Below are positions 57,623-64,000 of a DNA stretch of 64,000 nucleotides, in pieces. Every line of letters begins with the position of its first letter. The stretch's first letter is position 1. This DNA is from Eledone cirrhosa (taxonomy: Eukaryota). Location: positions 316,324,001 to 316,388,000 of the forward strand of contig OZ024743.1 in NCBI GenBank assembly GCA_964016885.1, in the 5' to 3' direction. The translations under genes were made by a program, and so were the position numbers. Below the pieces are notes generated by a model. The model was given only the letters and a program-made list of their open reading frames with translations. It was not told the DNA's origin and searched no databases.

Positions 57623-57730
57623 TGTTTCTGAGGTATTGAAGTTAGAAATAGGTGGTGACATAACCACTACCTATTAGTCAATATATCGATTTACCATGAT
57701 CAATCAACCCTCTGAAACAATCGTAAAACA
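57623..57730 (+). ncRNA. Degenerate hammerhead with long stem II
   Basis: TGTTT-CTGAGGT-[hairpin aataggtggtg/cactacctatt]-GAAA-CAATCG-TA-AAACA. A9 is mutated and CAATCG looks like CpG-decayed CGATCG. Confidence 0.4.
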
Positions 57731-57841
57731 AAGTATTGCTTAAGAACCTTTTTTCGACTTTTGTTTTATTTTCATTGTTCAATACACACAGACAGACAGA
57801 CAGACAAACAGACACACACACAGACACAGACACAGACACAG

Positions 57842-57878
<37 letters not shown>

Positions 57879-59223
57879 AATACATATATATAGCTGAATA
57901 AACAAGTAAACTTCAAGAATTCTTTAATGAAAGTGGAGCAGCTAGGTAGCTATAGATAATGTAAGTAAATGACTTTAACATTACCAAATAGAATTGGTTT
58001 GCCATTTAAAAGATGCCTTCAACAGTTACCTGAAAAACACTGATAATTTGGAGTTGAGACATAAATATGACGCCTTAAACTATTGTCTTGGTTTCCTGTT
58101 TTTTTTGTTCAATAGAAAAACCATGCTGTTCATCTATCTCTATCTCAGAATCTATTCTAATGGAGAATGTGTATTTTATAGCAAATATTTTGTTTTGTTG
58201 TTATTGTTGTTTTTGTTGTTGTTCTTTGCAATCATCTATGTATGTTATATCTTTTGTGTTTTGTCAAACAAATTCTTCAGTCTGTTCCTAAATATAAAGA
58301 TGTATTCCAATTGAAATACACTTCTAGCTAGCATATTCCATCTTTATTATAAGAGTGTAATCAGTATGTTGACAGCACATCGATTAACCCTTACTTTACC
58401 ATATTTCTAATAAAATACACAGCCTATGACTATTTTGAAAATAATCAAGAATTTAGATGGGTTTAGTAATATAACAAAATATCTCATTATTAAGTTTGGA
58501 ACATAACTTAATAAAGGTTTTTACATAAAATTATGATGGAAGATTTTTAGATAAATATAAACAGTTTAAAATAAACAGCTTTGTATCATAGAAACAGTGC
58601 AGTTTTAGGTGATTTGGTATCAAAGGGTTAACCATACTTATGGATTTGTGGAGAAGAGGATTGTAGCTGAATTGATCAAAATTATTATATACCTCCACTA
58701 CCACCATATTACACTAGAATTAAGTCCGCCTTCTCCGCATCATCATCATCATCATATTGTTATCATGACCATTCATTACCAGTATATTTCAATGGAGGAT
58801 GTGTTTTCATTGAAGAAAGGTAAATATATATTTTTTTTAATCAGCTATCTATGTTATTTCTTTTGTGTTTTGTCAAGCAAATTCTTTAGCTTGTTCAAAG
58901 CTTTAGTTTGATTGGATTCGTCTTCTAAGCTAGCATATTCCATCTTTGTCTTTTATTCAATAGTCTTGGCAGTGGATTGGCAAGTTGTTAGGGTGTCAGA
59001 TACAGTATTCATTCCAGCTCTGTGTGCACTGAGTTCAAATCCCAGGGTTGATAAAGGAAGTACCAGTCATGTACTGTGATTGATTTCTCTCTCTTCCTTC
59101 CTCCCTGCCTTCTCTCTGTCACAAGATCAGCTATGTAATGGAGCCAAAGAAAGTGCATTAACATTGCAGCCCCAACAATCCTTTCACCACCAGATTCCAA
59201 TTGCATTTCCAACTTCTTTTCCC

Positions 59224-59264
<41 letters not shown>

Positions 59265-59287
59265 ACACACACACACACACACACACA

Positions 59288-59623
59288 CAGTGGAATTTTG
59301 GTTCATAAACTTAATTTGATGGCCATTCATCACCAGAAATGTTCGTAAACTGAAACTATTTTTCCCATACAAAATGTTGAGCGAGAAATAGAGTGTGAGA
59401 GAGACTGTGTGTAAAAGACATATAGATATCACCATAGTAACTCACTACATAGCAAGTGACGCTTTCCCGTCAATACTCCCAGTTTGTCCCCAACCGTTGT
59501 TGCCAGTTTGTGTTTTCATTACTCGAGACACCATTCACCACCTGAAACATTCTATGTTCGAAAAAATTGTTCGTGAACCGATTTGTTTGTGATGAGAAGC
59601 ATTCGTGAACCAAGGTTCCACTG
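59288..59623. mobile_element. Tigger/pogo-like MITE
   Basis: TIRs cagtggaattttggttc / gaaccaaggttccactg followed by TA. Confidence 0.65.
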
Positions 59624-60132
59624 TATTAATAAATTTACTAAACCACATTACCACGAGATGCTTTGATCATCCATGTCATTGTAACATCATGCCACTGACC
59701 ATCTTAATACTAACTGAAATGAATTCAGGAAAACAGAGTACTTCACTCACAGAATCAATAGTGTAGTGGTAATATTGAACAAATTAATTAGAGTTATCAA
59801 TAAAATTAATACAAGTAACAAACAATTGATCATCAAATCAATTAATAAAAATATCAAAAATATTGATATATCCCATATATTAATTAGGGTTTCCAATGAA
59901 ATTAATACAGCGAATGTCAAACAATTGATAACCAAATCAATTATTAAAAATATCACCACAATATATATATATATATCATCATCATCATCATCATCAACGT
60001 TTAACGTCCGTGTTCCACGCTTGCATGGGTTTGGACGGGGGTATTCCCACTTGAGGCAAGAGTGATTGTCTTGCTCGCATAGGACTATCTGGCAGGTTTT
60101 CTACAGTTGGATGTATATATATATATATATAT

Positions 60133-60573
60133 AGTAATAATAATAAATTTGAAGACTAAAATCCAAAGAGGGTTCAATAAGGATAAATATATATCAAATA
60201 TATAAGAACCGTAGAGCAAATATTTATTAAAATAACAGATTAAAGTTTAAGCAAAGAATCGCTGCTTTTACCCTTAACGGGATCTTCTGAAACTAACAAA
60301 GTCAATCTGTAAACGCAGAAGTGAATATTTCAAAAAACGTTGCAACCGGAGGAAGACAGGAAGACGATACTTTGGTTCGTGGAAACGTTCCCTTCACAAA
60401 ACATACAGGTAATATATACTTACCTATGCAAATAAGTAATGGTATAAACATAACATATACTTACCTACCACATCAAGACGTAAAATATCCATTCAAAGCA
60501 TGTTAGTTTCAGAAGATCCCGTTAAGGGTGAAAGCAGCGATTCTTTGCTTAAACTTTAATCTGTTATTTTAAT
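60133..60573. mobile_element. Small non-coding element with 73-bp inverted HHR-like termini, in (TA)n
   Basis: Arms 60226-60298 and 60501-60573 differ at one base, with a left extension and (TA)n on both sides. Confidence 0.65.
60505..60555 (+). ncRNA. Hammerhead-like motif with variant core CAGAAGA
   Basis: AGTTT-CAGAAGA-tCCC(gttaa)GGGt-GAAA-GCA(gcgattctt)TGC-TT-AAACT, all three stems pair. The inverted partner at ~60244-60294 has GAAA>AAAA. Confidence 0.55.
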
Positions 60574-60635
60574 ATATATATATATATATACAAAAATACA
60601 AGTAAAGAGGCAGGCTGTGTGGTTACTGTAAACAA

Positions 60636-60877
60636 AGTGTAAGATGGTAATAGGGACGTAAACAAGAGAAGAAAGTAGCCCTTCATCAGCTGTTTACTGC
60701 GGATCATAGATGTTTCGGCGCTTCAAAACAGGACATCGATTGGCAGCGCGCCCGAGGCCTTTTGCGCTGCTGATCGATGTCCTGTTTTGAAGCGCCGAAA
60801 CATCTATGATCCGCAGTAAACAGCTGATGAAGGGCTACTTTCTTCTCTTGTTTACGTCCCTATTACCATCTTACACT
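60636..60877. repeat. Near-perfect 242-bp palindrome carrying GAAA...CTGATGA motifs on both strands
   Basis: Arms are identical over ~104 bp with a short GC-rich loop near 60751-60762. Confidence 0.85.
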
Positions 60878-60879
60878 CA

Positions 60880-61241
<362 letters not shown>

Positions 61242-61261
61242 ACACAAATATATATATAAAT

Positions 61262-63779
61262 ATATTAATATTAATATCTTCTATGTAATGAGAGTACATG
61301 ACAAGAGTTATGGAGTTCTCTTCAAGGAGTTCTCTGAGTCTCCCCGCCCACCATACCATAAATAGATTGGCAACCTCGCCAGCTATGCTGACACCAATGG
61401 CTGCTCCCTCATTCTGGGTGTAGATATTTTCATTAAATTTAATATAGTAATAAGAACACCCCCACAAGAGAGTACTAATAAACATGAATTAGAAAATAGC
61501 ACAATGGAGAGCATCCAGCAGATAGTTAACTCCATAAACCAGAGTATAACTGTAACCGTTGACTACCCTTCCAAACACCCTAACAATAGGCTGCCAGTAT
61601 TAGACACGGAACTCTGGATAAACACTATAGACGAGGGGGCCCAAATTCTCCACTCACACATTGCTAAACCCATGGCCTCCAAATACCAGATACTCAAAAA
61701 CTCAGCAATGTCCAATAGTGCTAAATTTAATATTCTGATCGCAGACTTGGTACGAGTGATGAAGAATGTGTCCCGCATGTGCAACCCAACTGAAATGGAA
61801 AGACACATCCAACACTTCATCAATCGCATGCAGTTCTCTGGCTACAACCAAAGAGACAGAATCAGTGTATACAAACTTGTACTTGTACTTGTGTCGACAT
61901 TCACCCTGGATGGGTTGAGCCGACTTTTTCCCTTGTCCTGACGGCATCCCGAACCATGGCAGCCCACGCACGACGGTCCCGGGCTAGGTCACTGGAGATA
62001 GCGAGCCAATCACGGTTCCATCGGCGCAGGCCGACCACCTGCGGACCTGAGAGTTCAGAGAGATCCTCCTTGATCGTCGTTGCACAGGTCTTCAGCTGCC
62101 CGCCAACGCGCTTGCGCCAGCTAGGGGGTGGAGGTGGGAGGAGAACATCGCGGATCAGCTCACCCTCAGGGCGTCGGGCTGCGTGACCAAACCATCTCAA
62201 GCGCCGTTGCAGAAGCACTGAAGGAAGGGGTCGAAGATTCAGGTGAAGACGAAGACTGGTGGTAGGTACCCGATCAACGTGTCGGCAGCGAAGAATGCGG
62301 CGGAGACAGTCATTGTCGAAGACCTCCAGCCCCCATTGATCAACTACCCTCATAGGCCATGTTTCAGAGCCACAGAGGAGGATAGTGCCAACAACGGCCT
62401 GGTAGATTCTCCCTTTGGTCGCCGAGGTGATCTCTCTTCTGTCCCACAGACACCGCTGGAGGCGCCCAAAAGCGGATCTGGCAGCACCTATGCAACGCTT
62501 GACCTCGGCTGCACCCTGTCCCGTTAGAACCACTGTTGAGCCCAGGTAAACGAAGGACTCCACATCCTCCAGGTCCATGCCCTCGAGAGATATCGGCTGC
62601 CAGGCATCAGGCGAGACCAGTGACGCCGGGGAGGGGGTGCGTTGATCAAATCTTCATTCTCCGGCGTGTCCTGGAACAACGGTGGGCACATCAACCGTCC
62701 TCTGCTTCATCGATTTTGCAGCTGCCTTCGACTCGGTAGATCGGGAAGCCCTATGGCGTATAATGCAGGCGGATGGCATCCCAGTGAAGCTGCTTCGTCT
62801 CATACAGGGCTACTACCGAGTGAGGGTCTATGGTGGGGAGACGGAGTCGTTCGATGTTGGGACCGGTGTTCGGCAGGGGTGTGCACTATCGCCAACTCTC
62901 TTTAACTACGCCATTGACTACACTCTCAACACATCACTCCGGGATTACCTGGGCATAAAGGTCGGGAGGGGGGTCATGGTAATGGACCTGGCCTACGCGG
63001 ATGACATCGTGCTGATGGGCGCTAATGGGACAGATGTACAGGATGCACTTGAAAGGGTGCACACTGCAGCCGCTGCTGTTGGTTTACAAATCAATGCCGC
63101 CAAGTCGAAAGTGTATACAAAGGAGCCATGGAGAAATATCAGACCCTTATAGAAATGGGCACAAAAGGAATTTGCCCATTATACAGGAGAAAATCATGGA
63201 ATAGCTTAAATAGGACCAAACATAAGATAGGGAAAGCCACTTCGTGGTACAACAACTAGAGATACCAGAGTGTCATGTCCGTGGATGCTACCCCTGGAAG
63301 GAAATTAGCTAAGCAATGTAGAAAGGCCTTAAGAAAGACCCATCTAAAGATTAAAGTGGTAGAAAAGCGAGGAACTACCATAAAATCCCTGATCAGCAAG
63401 ACATACCCCTTTAAGAAAACCCACTGTACGAATAAGAAATGTGTTATATGTAGAATGAATCCCAGATAAATTGTAAAACTAGAAATGTAGTCTATAGCAT
63501 AAGATATACAGAGGGTACTTGCAGAAACACAACAACATACATCGGTGAGACAGTTCGAAGCATAGGAGAAAGAATAGACCAACACTGGGGGAACTAAAAG
63601 GACAAAAAAAAAACGGTTCAGTACTATATGAACACATCAGACAAAGACATGATGGTAATATAGACAACATAGAAATTAAAATAATATCTAAGCATAGAAA
63701 TGACTCAACAAGTAGGAAAATCAGAGAAGCAACTGAGATAGAACTAAGAAGACCAAAGTTGAACAGAAAGAACGAATAG
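61262..63779 (+). mobile_element. Second, decayed Penelope-like element with inverted 5' part, interrupted by an RTE
   Basis: Minus 61262-61470 YTQNEGAAIGVSIAGEVANLFM. Plus 61504-61875 LPVLDTELW...KPMAS...SAM. Plus 63420-63779 CTNKKCVIC, VVY...YIGETVRSIGERIDQH...LNRKNE-stop. Frameshifts and stops present. Confidence 0.8.
61876..63109 (-). mobile_element. GC-rich RTE-clade LINE, 5'-inverted, with 12-bp TSD
   Basis: TSD agtgtatacaaa at 61864-61875 and 63110-63121. Minus 62578-61901 FVYLGS...GSETW...RRLRWFGHAARR with (CAAGTA)n tail. Plus ~62620-63109 PGRGCVDQIF...AFDSV...GVRQGCALSP...YADD. Confidence 0.9.
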
Positions 63780-64000
63780 AATAACAACAACAACCATACC
63801 CAAACAAACAATACTGACTTAAGGGTAATATAAATAAATGAATAAATAACTATATACACAAGTACAATAACAACAAACACATATAAACACACACCAGTGA
63901 ACAAAGATAGAATACAAAAACACACACTCAAACGCGAACACACACACCAAACATTATACACACACATGCAAACACATGCGTAGAGACAGAGACAAGAAGA

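Noticed and set aside
59750-59960. Ile/Asn/Lys-rich ORFs on both strands
   Set aside because: This is an AT-rich ~105-nt tandem duplication with no recognisable domain or splice context.

Overview
This is AT-rich, microsatellite- and retroelement-dense animal DNA. The repeat families suggest an octopod cephalopod, which is my inference. The window holds one complete protein-coding gene, NOL6/Utp22 (nucleolar protein 6), on the minus strand. I reconstructed it by hand as 23 GT-AG coding exons from 50484 to 4188, with all phases compatible (3354 nt, 1117 aa plus stop). Intron 6 holds an ~11 kb palindrome (27642-38611) made of two inverted copies of a young Penelope-like retroelement (RT with YRDD plus C-terminal GIY-YIG). 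The main unexplained signal is a set of at least six sequence-unrelated hammerhead-ribozyme (HHR) motifs. Most are minimal type I folds, several with their own palindromic stem III (CCGG, CGAUCG, UAUAUA). They usually occur as inverted pairs in small non-coding elements inserted in (TA)n, and three apparently intact copies lie on the NOL6 sense strand. The window also contains a bipartite RTE-derived element, a twin-primed GC-rich RTE nested in a second Penelope remnant, a Chapaev3-like transposase fossil, tRNA-derived SINEs, MITEs and minisatellites. All calls are by eye, without searches or folding software.
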